Of a stretch of 64,000 bases of DNA, positions 1-9,823 are shown piece by piece (position 1 is the stretch's first letter; each line of letters starts with the position of its first letter). The notes beneath the pieces are model-generated. The model had not been told where the DNA came from. It ran no database searches and saw only the letters and a program-made list of their open reading frames with translations. A program made the position numbers and the translations under genes. Origin of the DNA: Patescibacteria group bacterium (lineage in GTDB: Bacteria > Patescibacteriota > Patescibacteriia > UBA11705 > DATKZF01); contig JBMORT010000008.1 of the NCBI GenBank assembly GCA_049319825.1, positions 12,331 to 76,330 of the forward strand. Reading direction: 5' to 3'.

Positions 1-1
1 A

Positions 2-796
2 GCCAAAGCCTGGTCGCCGGTGCCGGCCGCGAGCATTGCCGTCCTCGAGGATCTTTACGACTTCAGCGGGAATTTGACCGCGAAAGCGGCGATCGTGGCC
101 GATACCAAGACCGGAGAAATTTTATTTAAAAAAAACTCGGAGCAAGTCCTGCCCATTGCCAGTATCAGCAAGCTGGTGACCGCGCTTGTTTTTCTCGATT
201 ATAATCCTGGCTGGAATAAAATCATTACCATCGAAGAATCGGATAATGCCGGCGGCGCCGGTTTGCCGGTCGAGGCGGGCGACAAAGTTACGGTTCGGGA
301 TACTTTCTTTTCCGCGTTGCTGGCTTCAAACAATAATTCTGCCCGCGCCCTAATGCGTTCGACAGGGCTGAGCGAAGCTGATTTTGTCAAAAAAATGAAT
401 GAAAAAGTTAAGGAACTGGGCACGTTAAATACTCAATTTATAGAGCCGACCGGGCTTTCAGAATATAATTTATCCACCGCTCAGGATTTATTTAAAATCA
501 GCCGCGCCGCGTTCAGCCACTATGAATTTTTGGAAGCGACCACATTGAAATATTATCGGGTGACGGTCCAGACGCCTGAAGAGACCAAGCAAGTTTGGAT
601 CAAAAACACGAACAAGCTGGTCGATCGCGACTTATATCTATTGGGAGGAAAAACCGGCTACACCGAAGAGGCCGGCCGCTGTCTGGTGACCAAGGCCAGG
701 CAAGGCGACAGGGAATTGATCGCTTTGGTATTAAACTCTGATATCAGCCAGAATTATGAAGAGGTTTACAGTTTGCTGAAGTTTTATTTGAAGTGA
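2..796 (+). CDS. D-alanyl-D-alanine carboxypeptidase/endopeptidase (peptidase S11), 5'-truncated by window edge
   Basis: SxxK (ASISK), SxN (SNN) and KTG(YT) penicillin-binding motifs; frame open from window start. Confidence 0.88.
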   Translation, partial: AKAWSPVPAASIAVLEDLYDFSGNLTAKAAIVADTKTGEILFKKNSEQVLPIASISKLVTALVFLDYNPGWNKIITIEESDNAGGAGLPVEAGDKVTVRDTFFSALLASNNNSARALMRSTGLSEADFVKKMNEKVKELGTLNTQFIEPTGLSEYNLSTAQDLFKISRAAFSHYEFLEATTLKYYRVTVQTPEETKQVWIKNTNKLVDRDLYLLGGKTGYTEEAGRCLVTKARQGDRELIALVLNSDISQNYEEVYSLLKFYLK

Positions 797-916
797 ATCT
801 ACGAGATTACGAGATCTGCGTTACGAGATGGTACTGATTACAAGATGTACATGATATCCAAAAAGCATCTCGTATATCTTGTACCGAGATCTTGTAATCT
901 TGTAAATTCAAAATAT

Positions 917-1144
917 ATGAAAATAACCCCAGACCAATTTAAAAAAATGCTTCAGACAATGTCCGGCAAAAATTATTTGTCCGAATCTCTGCTTAAAGAA
1001 GTGCGCGATCGCGGCTATGGCGACTATTTGTATTATTCTTGCCCGAAAGAAAAGGCGATCGAAATCGTTAAAGAATTGCAGCGCGATAAAATATTGCCGT
1101 CACATAAAACGCCGGAGAGCGTCTTCGCGTCAATAATTGAGTAA
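917..1144 (+). CDS. small hypothetical protein (75 aa)
   Basis: ATG at 917 after AT-rich leader; upstream extension of the ORF is repeat-derived. Confidence 0.6.
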   Translation: MKITPDQFKKMLQTMSGKNYLSESLLKEVRDRGYGDYLYYSCPKEKAIEIVKELQRDKILPSHKTPESVFASIIE

Positions 1145-1348
1145 TCAAAGCCTAATCTTTCGCATCTCGATTTTCGCCTTTCGCTTTTCACCTCTCGCAT
1201 TAACAATCATCAATCATTTTTTATGTATTCATGTAGTATGGATCAATTCAAAGTGATTGTAATTTGTAACAACGAATCTCGTTTTATGCCATCAGTGATT
1301 GTAATTCGTAATAACAATCAACAATTAACAATCATCAATTAAATTTTC

Positions 1349-2425
1349 ATGTCTCAACTTTCCACGAAAATTGCTGTCGCCATGTCCGGCGGCGTTGATT
1401 CCAGCGTCGCTGCTTTGATTTTAAAGCAAAAAGGCTATGATGTTTTCGGAGTGTTTGCCAAGTTTTGGGCGCGGGAAGACGGGGAGGACGCCAGAGAAAA
1501 CATTTGCTGCTCGAAAGAATCGCGAGACGATGCCAAAAGAGTTTGCGACAAGCTGGGAATTCCTTTTTACACGGTTAATCTGGAGTCGCCATTTAAAGAA
1601 AAGGTCGTGGACAATTTTTTACTTGAATATAATGAAGGCCGCACGCCTAACCCTTGCGTTCGGTGCAACCAATTCATAAAGTTTGGCGAGCTTTTGCAAA
1701 AAGTTGAAAAGCTCGGCGCCAGCCATCTGGCAACCGGACATTATGCGCAGGTAAAACAAACGCGCGGACAATACAGACTGCTGCGCGGACGCGATAAAGA
1801 AAAAGACCAGTCCTATTTTCTATGTCGCCTAAACCAAGACCAGCTTTCAAAAATAATGTTTCCGGTCGGGCATCTGACGAAAAGCAAAGTCAGGAAAATT
1901 GCCGCGAAAAATAATTTGCCCACGGCATCGAAAAAAGAATCGCAGGAAGTTTGCTTCATCCCGTCAGGCGATTTGCAGGATTTTCTGGCGCAATACTTGG
2001 ATTTGGAGCCCGGGGAAATAAAAGACATTGATTCAAAAGAAGTTTTAGGCGAGCATAAAGGCCTGGCAATGTACACGATCGGCCAGCGAAAAGGCATCGG
2101 TCTGGCCGGCGGGCCGTATTTTGCGGTTGAATTGGATAAGAAAAAAAATGTTTTATGGGTGACAAAAAATCAAGATCATGAAAAATTAAAAATTGACAAA
2201 TTGGTTTTAAAAAACATAAATTGGATCGTTGACTCGCAAGATTTTGCATTCCCGATAAAATGCACGGCCAGGGTCAGATACGCCAGTACGGAAACGCCGG
2301 TTAAAATTTTTAAAACAGACGATGAATATTTGATTGAATTTAAAAAAACCCAATGGGCAGTAACGCCCGGGCAGTCGATTGTGTTTTGGAAAGGGAAGGA
2401 AGTGTTAGGCGGGGGAGTAATTTAA
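1349..2425 (+). CDS. mnmA: tRNA 2-thiouridine(34) synthase MnmA
   Basis: AMSGGVDSS PP-loop, TPNPCVRCN, ATGHYA, KDQSYFL, TPGQ motifs. Confidence 0.97.
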   Translation: MSQLSTKIAVAMSGGVDSSVAALILKQKGYDVFGVFAKFWAREDGEDARENICCSKESRDDAKRVCDKLGIPFYTVNLESPFKEKVVDNFLLEYNEGRTPNPCVRCNQFIKFGELLQKVEKLGASHLATGHYAQVKQTRGQYRLLRGRDKEKDQSYFLCRLNQDQLSKIMFPVGHLTKSKVRKIAAKNNLPTASKKESQEVCFIPSGDLQDFLAQYLDLEPGEIKDIDSKEVLGEHKGLAMYTIGQRKGIGLAGGPYFAVELDKKKNVLWVTKNQDHEKLKIDKLVLKNINWIVDSQDFAFPIKCTARVRYASTETPVKIFKTDDEYLIEFKKTQWAVTPGQSIVFWKGKEVLGGGVI

Positions 2426-2433
2426 ATCCTTCT

Positions 2434-2482
2434 GTCATTTCGACTGAGGTCGAGGCTTTGCCGAAACCGAATGGAGTAATCT
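2434..2482. repeat. REP-like palindromic element (GTCATTTCGAC...GGAGTAATCT family)
   Basis: Same ends as the element at 44824-44890 (GTTATTTCGACCGA...GGAGAAATCT). Confidence 0.55.
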
Positions 2483-2618
2483 AATAAAAGTTATTGAGCT
2501 CTTTTAATAAATCAATCAATACAAAATTGAAAATTAAAGCTTTCTTTACTTTTTTTTCTAAAAATTATATAAAGATAACAGGATTGAGTGTGAAAAGACA
2601 TGGAAAGGAGCAGTACCC

Positions 2619-3080
2619 ATGTCTTTGCGAGAAAAAGCGAGAAACGTTTTATTTCACGTAAGCAGTATCATCGGGATTGTCGCTGTTGGGCTGTGTCTGT
2701 TGGCTGTCGCTGGATTTGCCGGTACCCGAGCTTGTTCATGCACCATCTACAAGGTTTTCGACATCGAAAATGATTATGAAGGAAAGTTCTTGAAGCTAGG
2801 TGTCGACTACATCGATGATCCGATAGATGGTATGCCGATCGATGAACGTGAATATGCTGAATTCGAATCGATGGACAGCGTCCCATGGCATCGAGCTTGG
2901 GATGGCAAGTTCAGAGCGTACTTGTCCGCCCCTCATGATGCGGACATTTTCCAGACAAGCAAATGCTACTCGCTCCGGGGCATAGAAATTGTCCATGGCC
3001 TTGTTGGCGGGTTCTTTAAGGCTTCTCCTGATCTTAGTGATAAGTATATAGGATCAGTCAAGGAAATTCCTTGCCAATGA
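2619..3080 (+). CDS. hypothetical membrane-anchored/secreted protein
   Basis: 153-aa ORF, N-terminal hydrophobic helix, GGAAAGGAG RBS, downstream hairpin+T (3079-3105). Confidence 0.65.
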   Translation: MSLREKARNVLFHVSSIIGIVAVGLCLLAVAGFAGTRACSCTIYKVFDIENDYEGKFLKLGVDYIDDPIDGMPIDEREYAEFESMDSVPWHRAWDGKFRAYLSAPHDADIFQTSKCYSLRGIEIVHGLVGGFFKASPDLSDKYIGSVKEIPCQ

Positions 3081-3176
3081 CGGTTATCAATATACCGTCT
3101 TTTTGTACAATCAGACTTTGCCAAAATATAATTTTTATGTTAGTATAATATTCCTGTTTTGGGAAAGGGGGAAAAT

Positions 3177-3797
3177 GTGGAAACGGCCAGAGTAGTCGGG
3201 CATTCGGTGTCCTCCGTGTCAATTACCCCAAAAATTAAAGCGGCCATGTACCGCGAAAGCAGGATGACTTGGGATACACTAGTGTATCCTTTGGATAAAT
3301 TGAGAGAAAAAGGCAAACAAGCTTTGGTTAATTTTTTTCGAGCTCATCCTTGGACCTATCTGGATTGGCATTTCGGCAAGATATTTTACCGGGCCGAATC
3401 CAAAAAAATGGTATTTTATTTTTGTTTCGAGGGACCGGCCACCATTCGTGTTTACTCGTATCGATTAAAAAGAATCGATAATTGGGCGGATGACGTCACT
3501 ATCACCGAACACGCGTTGGAAAAGTTTACTCAGCGAAGCATACTGCTTGGCCGTAAATTTGCCGGTTCGCCGGCTGCGGTCAGCGAGTTGCTGCGTTTGA
3601 TTGCCATGTCCAGCTCGTCTGAGATTGCTTCGGATCAGCGTTTCATTCGGTTAATTCACAATAAATGCGAATTGGTGGAATATCGCGAAAATGCCGGTTG
3701 GCGGTTCGTGGTGAAAAAAATCGACTTTGGCTATCGCGTGCTCTATGTTTTAATAACCTGCGAGCGGATTAAGCCGGAGGAAAACATTGTTGCGTAA
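3177..3797 (+). CDS. hypothetical protein
   Basis: ORF with GTG start after AAGGGGG RBS and upstream TATAAT. Confidence 0.6.
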   Translation: METARVVGHSVSSVSITPKIKAAMYRESRMTWDTLVYPLDKLREKGKQALVNFFRAHPWTYLDWHFGKIFYRAESKKMVFYFCFEGPATIRVYSYRLKRIDNWADDVTITEHALEKFTQRSILLGRKFAGSPAAVSELLRLIAMSSSSEIASDQRFIRLIHNKCELVEYRENAGWRFVVKKIDFGYRVLYVLITCERIKPEENIVA

Positions 3798-3881
3798 GAT
3801 TCATAATCTTGCGTTTTTTATTTGAAAAAAAACATTAAATTGGATAAAATGAAAGCATTAGTAAATAATTTTGGTGACTTT

Positions 3882-5666
3882 ATGATTACCGCAGCTGAGC
3901 TCAGAAGAAAATACATTGAGTTTTTCAAAGAAAAAGGCCATAAACAAATAGCTTCGGCTTCTTTGATTCCCGAAAACGACCCGACTGTTTTGTTCACCAC
4001 GGCCGGCATGCACCCCTTGGTGCCGTTTTTAATGGGCGAGAAACATCCGTCGGGAAAACGTTTGGTTGATTTTCAAAAATGCGTCAGAACGGACGATATC
4101 GACGAAGTCGGCGACAGAACTCATCACACATTTTTTGAAATGCTCGGCAATTGGTCGCTCGGGGATTACTTTAAAAAAGAAGCGATCGAGTGGAGCTTTG
4201 AATTTTTAACCGATAAAAAATGGCTGGGCTTGCCGCTTGAAAAATTGGCAGTCACTTGTTTTGAGGGCGATAAAGACGCGCCGCGCGATGAAGAGTCCGC
4301 TGAAATCTGGAAAGGTTTGGGCATTCCCGAGCATAAAATTGTTTTTTTAAGCAAAAAAGACAACTGGTGGGGTCCGGCCGGCGAGACCGGACCGTGCGGG
4401 CCGGACACGGAAATGTTTTATTATATTGGCGAAGGCAATCCGCCGCGGGATTCCAATCCTGGAAATGATGAAAGAAATTGGGTGGAAATTTGGAATGATG
4501 TTTTCATGCAGTACAATAAAACGATTGACGGAAATTACGAGCCGCTGATTCAAAAAAACGTTGATACCGGCATGGGGCTTGAGCGGACTTTGGCGGTGAT
4601 CAGCGGCCTTGACGACAATTACCGCACCGAGCTTTTCTGGCCGATTATTGAGAAAATTCAGGAGTTGTCAGGAAAAAAATATGACGAAAGCGAAAAAGTC
4701 ATGGTTTCGATGAGAATAATTTCGGATCATCTTAAAGCCGCGACCATGATTTTGGGCGATGAGCGCGCGGTGGCGCCGTCGAACGTTGACCAAGGCTACA
4801 TCTTGCGAAGGTTAATCAGGCGAGCGATCAGACAGGCCAAGCAAATCGGCATTGGAAACAACTTTACAGTCGAGCTGGCAAAAGTGGTTGTTAATATGAT
4901 GGCAAAGACTTATTCCGAGCTTTTGGAAAATAAAGTCAGTATTTACGATGAATTGAAAAAAGAAGAAGAAAAATTCAGGCAGACGCTGGAAAAAGGGGAG
5001 AAAGAATTCAATAAAATGTCCAAAGACAAAAAGATCAGCGGCACCGAAGCGTTTATTTTGTTTTCGACTTACGGCTTTCCATTGGAAATGACCATGGAAA
5101 TGGCTAAGGAGATTGGGGCTAAAATTGATGAAAAGGAATATTTAAAAGAGTTTAAAAAGCATCAACAGCTGTCAAAGACCGCCTCGGCCGGCAAGTTTAA
5201 GGGCGGCTTAGCCGACGCTTCAGAGGAAACAAAGCGCTTGCACACGGCCGCGCATTTGATGCTGGCCGCTTTGCGAAAAGTTTTGGGCGATCATGTTGTT
5301 CAAAAAGGTTCAAACATCACGCCGGAGCGGCTACGGTTTGACTTTTCGCATCCTGATAAAATGACGGCCGAACAGAAAGCTGAAGTTGAAAAGCTGGTCA
5401 ATGAAGCGATTGAAAAAGATTTGCCGATTTCCTGCGAGGAGATGACGCTTGACGAAGCGAAAAAGATTGGAGCGATGGGCGTGTTTGAATCCAAATATGG
5501 CGAGAAGGTGAAAGTCTATACGGCCGGCAAGGGCAAAGATATCTTTTCCAAAGAAATTTGCGGCGGCCCGCACGTGACACGCACCGGCGAGCTGGGCAAG
5601 TTTAGGATTAAAAAAGAAGAATCGAGTTCTGCCGGGGTGAGGAGGATAAAGGCGGCGCTGGAGTGA
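3882..5666 (+). CDS. alaS: alanine--tRNA ligase, short form lacking C-Ala domain
   Basis: LFTTAGM, HHTFFEMLGNWS, DTGMGLER, editing-domain HTAAH and CGGPH, ends SSAGVRRIKA. Confidence 0.96.
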   Translation: MITAAELRRKYIEFFKEKGHKQIASASLIPENDPTVLFTTAGMHPLVPFLMGEKHPSGKRLVDFQKCVRTDDIDEVGDRTHHTFFEMLGNWSLGDYFKKEAIEWSFEFLTDKKWLGLPLEKLAVTCFEGDKDAPRDEESAEIWKGLGIPEHKIVFLSKKDNWWGPAGETGPCGPDTEMFYYIGEGNPPRDSNPGNDERNWVEIWNDVFMQYNKTIDGNYEPLIQKNVDTGMGLERTLAVISGLDDNYRTELFWPIIEKIQELSGKKYDESEKVMVSMRIISDHLKAATMILGDERAVAPSNVDQGYILRRLIRRAIRQAKQIGIGNNFTVELAKVVVNMMAKTYSELLENKVSIYDELKKEEEKFRQTLEKGEKEFNKMSKDKKISGTEAFILFSTYGFPLEMTMEMAKEIGAKIDEKEYLKEFKKHQQLSKTASAGKFKGGLADASEETKRLHTAAHLMLAALRKVLGDHVVQKGSNITPERLRFDFSHPDKMTAEQKAEVEKLVNEAIEKDLPISCEEMTLDEAKKIGAMGVFESKYGEKVKVYTAGKGKDIFSKEICGGPHVTRTGELGKFRIKKEESSSAGVRRIKAALE

Positions 5667-5721
5667 TTATGGATTATGAATCCCGTATCCTATTTTGCGC
5701 GGTGGGTTAGAAATTTTAAAT

Positions 5722-5750
5722 AAAAAAACTGAACGGAGAGGCCGTTCAGT
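5722..5750 (-). terminator. intrinsic terminator
   Basis: AACTGAACGG-loop-CCGTTCAGTT stem with A-run on + strand (U-tail for the minus gene). Confidence 0.7.
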
Positions 5751-5778
5751 TGACATCGCACATTGTGCTTCGTCATAT

Positions 5779-5958
5779 CTACCGACTACCGAAGATAAAG
5801 CCTCCTGCCACGAAGCCGATCAACCCGGAGAAAACCGAATAGATCATCTTGAGCAAGGATGTGTCCACGCGGGTCGTTTCGAGAAACGCGTAGTCTAAGC
5901 TGATCATCGCAGTGATCGTTATCGCGACAAAGGCGATAAAGAACAACAGCTTGGACAT
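5779..5958 (-). CDS. small two-TM membrane protein (59 aa, MSKLLFFIAFVAIT...), not in ORF track
   Basis: Hand-translated ORF; AAGGAG RBS, promoter at 6012-6040, terminator at 5722-5750. Confidence 0.65.
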   Translation of the reverse strand: MSKLLFFIAFVAITITAMISLDYAFLETTRVDTSLLKMIYSVFSGLIGFVAGGFIFGSR

Positions 5959-6011
5959 GATGAGCTCCTTTCTTGTCTTGTCGGTGTCTGACGCGATGGT
6001 CTATTCAATAA

Positions 6012-6040
6012 AGTATAGCATAAAATAAAATAAGTGTCAA
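6012..6040 (-). promoter_or_regulatory. sigma70-type promoter
   Basis: Minus strand TTGACA-17 bp-TATACT with extended -10 TG. Confidence 0.75.
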
Positions 6041-6207
6041 TGTAATTATTTTTGTTTTTTGCTAAAATAAGACAAATTAATAATATTATCCATTCTTTTT
6101 CTGATACTGACAACGGAATGGGTTTATCGAAAGCTCAGTTGGGGTGAGGAGGATTACGGCGGTGCGGGAATAGACACGTAGCAAATAACACATAATAAAA
6201 TTTACAT

Positions 6208-6948
6208 ATGCCAATTGAAAAAACACCCGGCGGAGAGCGCTGGGGCAGTCGGGATTTTTTCCGCGGCCGCGGCTTTGTCAAGGGCCAGGACAAGTTGGTT
6301 AATAATGAAACCGATCTGCTTAAAGTCGTGGAGACAAAAAAAACAGGCAAGGGGCTGGTCGCAAAAGCGCCGATTAAAGAGGGCGCGAGGATATTCGGTA
6401 TTCAGGGATCGGAAGAAGAGATTGTTCAAGAGCGTGAACGGAAGTTTTCTAAATCCAAAGCCGATCGTTCGCCCTTGTTGAATCTTTCAGGCAATCCGGA
6501 TTTATATTTGCCAAATTCAATCTGCGTCGGACAAAAAACAGCTCCGGACGGTCGCGTTATAAATACCATGCTTGATCCAGATGATGATAACCCGCTTCGG
6601 TTTATTAACCATTCCTGCGATCCCAACGCGAGGAGAATGGGCCCGTTCGCGATCGGCGCTTTTCGAGATATCGCGGTCGGAGAGCCGATCACCATTGACT
6701 ATTCGATTTTGGAGGTCAATCCGGAATGGCGGATGAAGTGCCTATGCGGCTCGCCCGATTGCCGCGGCGAGATTCGCAGCGTTCAATATTTGACGCCAAA
6801 GCAAATTGAGCCGTCATGGAAGGATTTGCCGGGTTTTATCAAGCGAATCTACATGCAATCGGCTGAAAAGCGGTTTTTAAGCCAAAAAGACAAAGAAGTA
6901 TTGAATAAATTGAAGGAGAATATGGAAAGCTTTGGCTTTGGCGATTGA
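6208..6948 (+). CDS. SET-domain protein-lysine methyltransferase with post-SET motif
   Basis: GKGLVA, RFINHSCDPN, EPITIDY, CLCGSPDCRG motifs. Confidence 0.9.
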   Translation: MPIEKTPGGERWGSRDFFRGRGFVKGQDKLVNNETDLLKVVETKKTGKGLVAKAPIKEGARIFGIQGSEEEIVQERERKFSKSKADRSPLLNLSGNPDLYLPNSICVGQKTAPDGRVINTMLDPDDDNPLRFINHSCDPNARRMGPFAIGAFRDIAVGEPITIDYSILEVNPEWRMKCLCGSPDCRGEIRSVQYLTPKQIEPSWKDLPGFIKRIYMQSAEKRFLSQKDKEVLNKLKENMESFGFGD

Positions 6949-6985
6949 TTTTTTTAACTTTCATGATTAATTTTATCTTTACACT

Positions 6986-7988
6986 ATGGCTAAACTATTT
7001 TTAATGCGCGAAGGCGAGAGGGTTCCCCAACCCCCAGAGGAACTCCAAAAACTAAGGAAAGAAGCACAAGCTCAAGTTGAGAAGGGAGAGAACCAAAAGG
7101 AATTAGACAAAATTTTAGAATTCGTTGATTTTAAATTACTACAAGAAATGCTTAGAAAATTTTTAATATCCCGCTCGATAAAGATTTAAATTTTGTAGGG
7201 AAGGGGTCTGTAGCAGATATGCCCAGAAATCTTTTTGGTCAATATGATCCGGTGGCAAATAACCTTAAAATCAGTTACATGGCCGCCAAGGAATATACTG
7301 ATTCTTTTGTTGAAGAGATTAATGATTCGGCCGCAGAGGATGACTCAAGAGAAAAAATTACCCCTCAAGAACGCGAACAAATACTTGCGCTATTTACATT
7401 AAAAACGCTCATCCATGAAGAAATCCATGCGATGACCGAAATCAAGTTAGTTAAGAAACCGCAAGCTCCTTTAGAAGAACATACCGATTCGTTTGATAAG
7501 CGAGATGGTACTTGCGTCACAGATGTTGAAATTGGTTTTGCGAATTTACGTGAAGGTATCTTCAAACAGAGCTTCATGGTTCTTGAGGAAGGGTTTACCG
7601 AGCGTATGGCACAAGATGTATTTCCAAAATATCTCAAATCTCTGGGTATTTTTTTTCCAAAAAAGTTCGTGATCTTGTGATAGATCTTGATAAAGAGGTG
7701 ACTCCTTATACGGCTGAAGTTATTGTGTCAAAAAAAATGACCGCGGCTATTGCTTTACATGCGGGCGTATCTGAAGATGTCGTGTATAAAGCTTTTATTC
7801 GTGCTAAAGCAGAAGGAGAGAATTTACTTGAAGATGTGTTGAAAGCATTTATTGAAGATGCGACATTGCCAGGTTTAATAGCCGATAAGTTGAACCGCAT
7901 TTGTCCTATCTATGAGATTGAAGAAATAATTGTTAAACTTAGTAAGAAGGCAGAGGAGGATAAAGGCGGTGTTGGAGTAAATAATTAA
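6986..7988 (+). pseudogene. zincin-like (HExxH) gene split into three ORFs (6986-7189, 7219-7680, 7677-7988)
   Basis: LIHEEIH plus downstream LEEGFTE; successive ORFs overlap in -1 frames at homopolymer runs. Confidence 0.55.
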
Positions 7989-7998
7989 TCAAAAAAAT

Positions 7999-8547
7999 AT
8001 GAAAAAATCATTTTTATGTTTATTAATTCTTTGTTTTTGTTTGGTTTTGGCAGCCTGCGCCAATCCAAATATCGACACTTCAAATGATGTAGAAAATGTT
8101 AATTCTATGCCCGCGCTAACTAATTATGAAAACCAAGAATTGGGTATAGCTTTTCAATACCCGGCTGAATGGGGAGAGGTAGTTGAAAATAAATATAAGG
8201 ATACTGCGTTGCTAACGTTAAAATTCAAAAAAAACGATGAGATAAACAACTTGATTGATTTTTCCTCGAGCAAAGATATTGAGGAAGATATGGATTTTCG
8301 TTCATGTGACGATATTTTAAAGAATGGCTATAATTCCGGAGATAGAATTCCTTTAAGTTGTGAAACATTCAATATTGATGGACAAAATGTCACTGTCTCT
8401 TATTTTAAGCAAGATAGATATTCAAGTTCCGATGTAAAGCAGGCTCAAATTATGACGAAGAAAGGAGTATGGTTTATGTCCCTTTATGATATGAATGGGG
8501 ATAGCCACTTTATGAATATTTTAAATTCAATGATGTTCTTGAAATAA
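7999..8547 (+). CDS. putative lipoprotein/surface protein
   Basis: Signal peptide with LAAC lipobox; FQYPAEW motif; AT-rich. Confidence 0.7.
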   Translation: MKKSFLCLLILCFCLVLAACANPNIDTSNDVENVNSMPALTNYENQELGIAFQYPAEWGEVVENKYKDTALLTLKFKKNDEINNLIDFSSSKDIEEDMDFRSCDDILKNGYNSGDRIPLSCETFNIDGQNVTVSYFKQDRYSSSDVKQAQIMTKKGVWFMSLYDMNGDSHFMNILNSMMFLK

Positions 8548-8628
8548 AATAGATGGAAATAAGAGGGGAGAATAAAGTCGGCGCTGGAGTAATTTATTGC
8601 TTGTTAATATATTAAAAACCCATTCATG

Positions 8629-8862
8629 TTAGAACGGGTCTTTGATATCCGGGGATGGTTTGAACCCTCTCATCGCTACAGCCAAGCTCTGAGTCAGCAG
8701 CTTTTTATCTGCGTCGGATAATGAAATTGTGGAAATTACAATTTCCGCTATTTTTTTTACATGTACCGACGAAAGAGATTCGGCTCGGGTGATTGTCACA
8801 TGCCCTCTCCGAATTTCGATATAGTAACGATTGTTTCGCGCAATGATTATGACATTATACAT
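8629..8862 (-). CDS. small hypothetical protein
   Basis: 77-aa ORF with AGAGG RBS, divergent from the methyltransferase. Confidence 0.5.
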   Translation of the reverse strand: MYNVIIIARNNRYYIEIRRGHVTITRAESLSSVHVKKIAEIVISTISLSDADKKLLTQSLAVAMRGFKPSPDIKDPF

Positions 8863-9006
8863 TTGTTTTTCCTCTAAAACAGGAAAAGCGCATTTTAATT
8901 ATATACACGTTTTTTTTCTTAGTCAATTTCGGTTCAGGATTGGTTGTTGACTTTATCGTAAATAATAAATATACTGGCATATTGCCGCTGCGTAAAGGAG
9001 GGGAGC

Positions 9007-9579
9007 ATGCAAATTCAGACATTATCGAGCAAATACGCTGCCGGCCGGCACTGGGACAACCATCCTAACATTTATGCCAAATATTTCGGAGATTTTTTAC
9101 GTCGAAATTTATTTAATGGTGAAATCGTCGATATCGGCTGCGGCTGCGGCCGAGATGTGGAAGCTCTGAATTCATTCGGCTATCAGACAATGGGAATTGA
9201 CAAATCACCGCAGGAAATCCGTTCGGCCAGAAACAAAAGGCCGCGATCGCTTTTCGCGGTAATGGACGCGGAGCGGCTGGCGTTTGCGGATGGGAGCATC
9301 GGCGCGTTTTATATGATTAATGTCATTCATTATGTTGACGCGGTAAAAGTCATTGCCGAAATGCATAGGACATTGAGATCGAGAGGGTTTTTGTTCATTC
9401 ATTTTAATCTATCGATCACCGATCAGAACGGCAATGTTGATTACCAGCTCTCCGAGCATGAAGTTTGGCGGCTGTTTCCAGCGTTTCGCGCCATGGGCCA
9501 AAAGTATTTTTCTCGATTCGACCCAATTCCTTTTCCACATCAGCACGACGTGCTGCAATTGATTTTCAAAAAGCTTTAA
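9007..9579 (+). CDS. class I SAM-dependent methyltransferase
   Basis: VDIGCGCGRD motif I, GIDKS, MDAE; AAGGAGG RBS; TTGACT...ATACT promoter. Confidence 0.88.
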   Translation: MQIQTLSSKYAAGRHWDNHPNIYAKYFGDFLRRNLFNGEIVDIGCGCGRDVEALNSFGYQTMGIDKSPQEIRSARNKRPRSLFAVMDAERLAFADGSIGAFYMINVIHYVDAVKVIAEMHRTLRSRGFLFIHFNLSITDQNGNVDYQLSEHEVWRLFPAFRAMGQKYFSRFDPIPFPHQHDVLQLIFKKL

Positions 9580-9676
9580 GGCGCCACCGCGTCTTTTTTT
9601 GATTTTTGGGAATAATTTGGTAAGATGAATTATCATGGATCACGTATCATGGATCATGTATCAATTTAATATTGTT

Positions 9677-9812
9677 ATGTTCCATGCTCCATGCTCCATG
9701 CTCCATGCTCCATGTTCCATGTTCCATGTTCCATGTTCCATGTTCCATGTTCCATGTTCCATGTTCCATGCTCCATGCTCCATGCTCCATGCTCCATGCT
9801 CCATGTTCCATG
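9677..9812. repeat. heptamer tandem array (ATG[C/T]TCC) x ~19
   Basis: Directly visible; ends just upstream of mutS start. Confidence 0.95.
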
Positions 9813-9823
9813 ATTAATGACTT

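Larger units (their letters stand above)
5634..8592 (+). repeat. four copies of the alaS 3' tail (5634-5666 native; 6141-6173; 7954-7980; 8566-8592)
   Basis: Copies translate GVRRIKAALE*, GVRRITAVRE*, RRIKAVLE*, GRIKSALE*. Confidence 0.85.
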
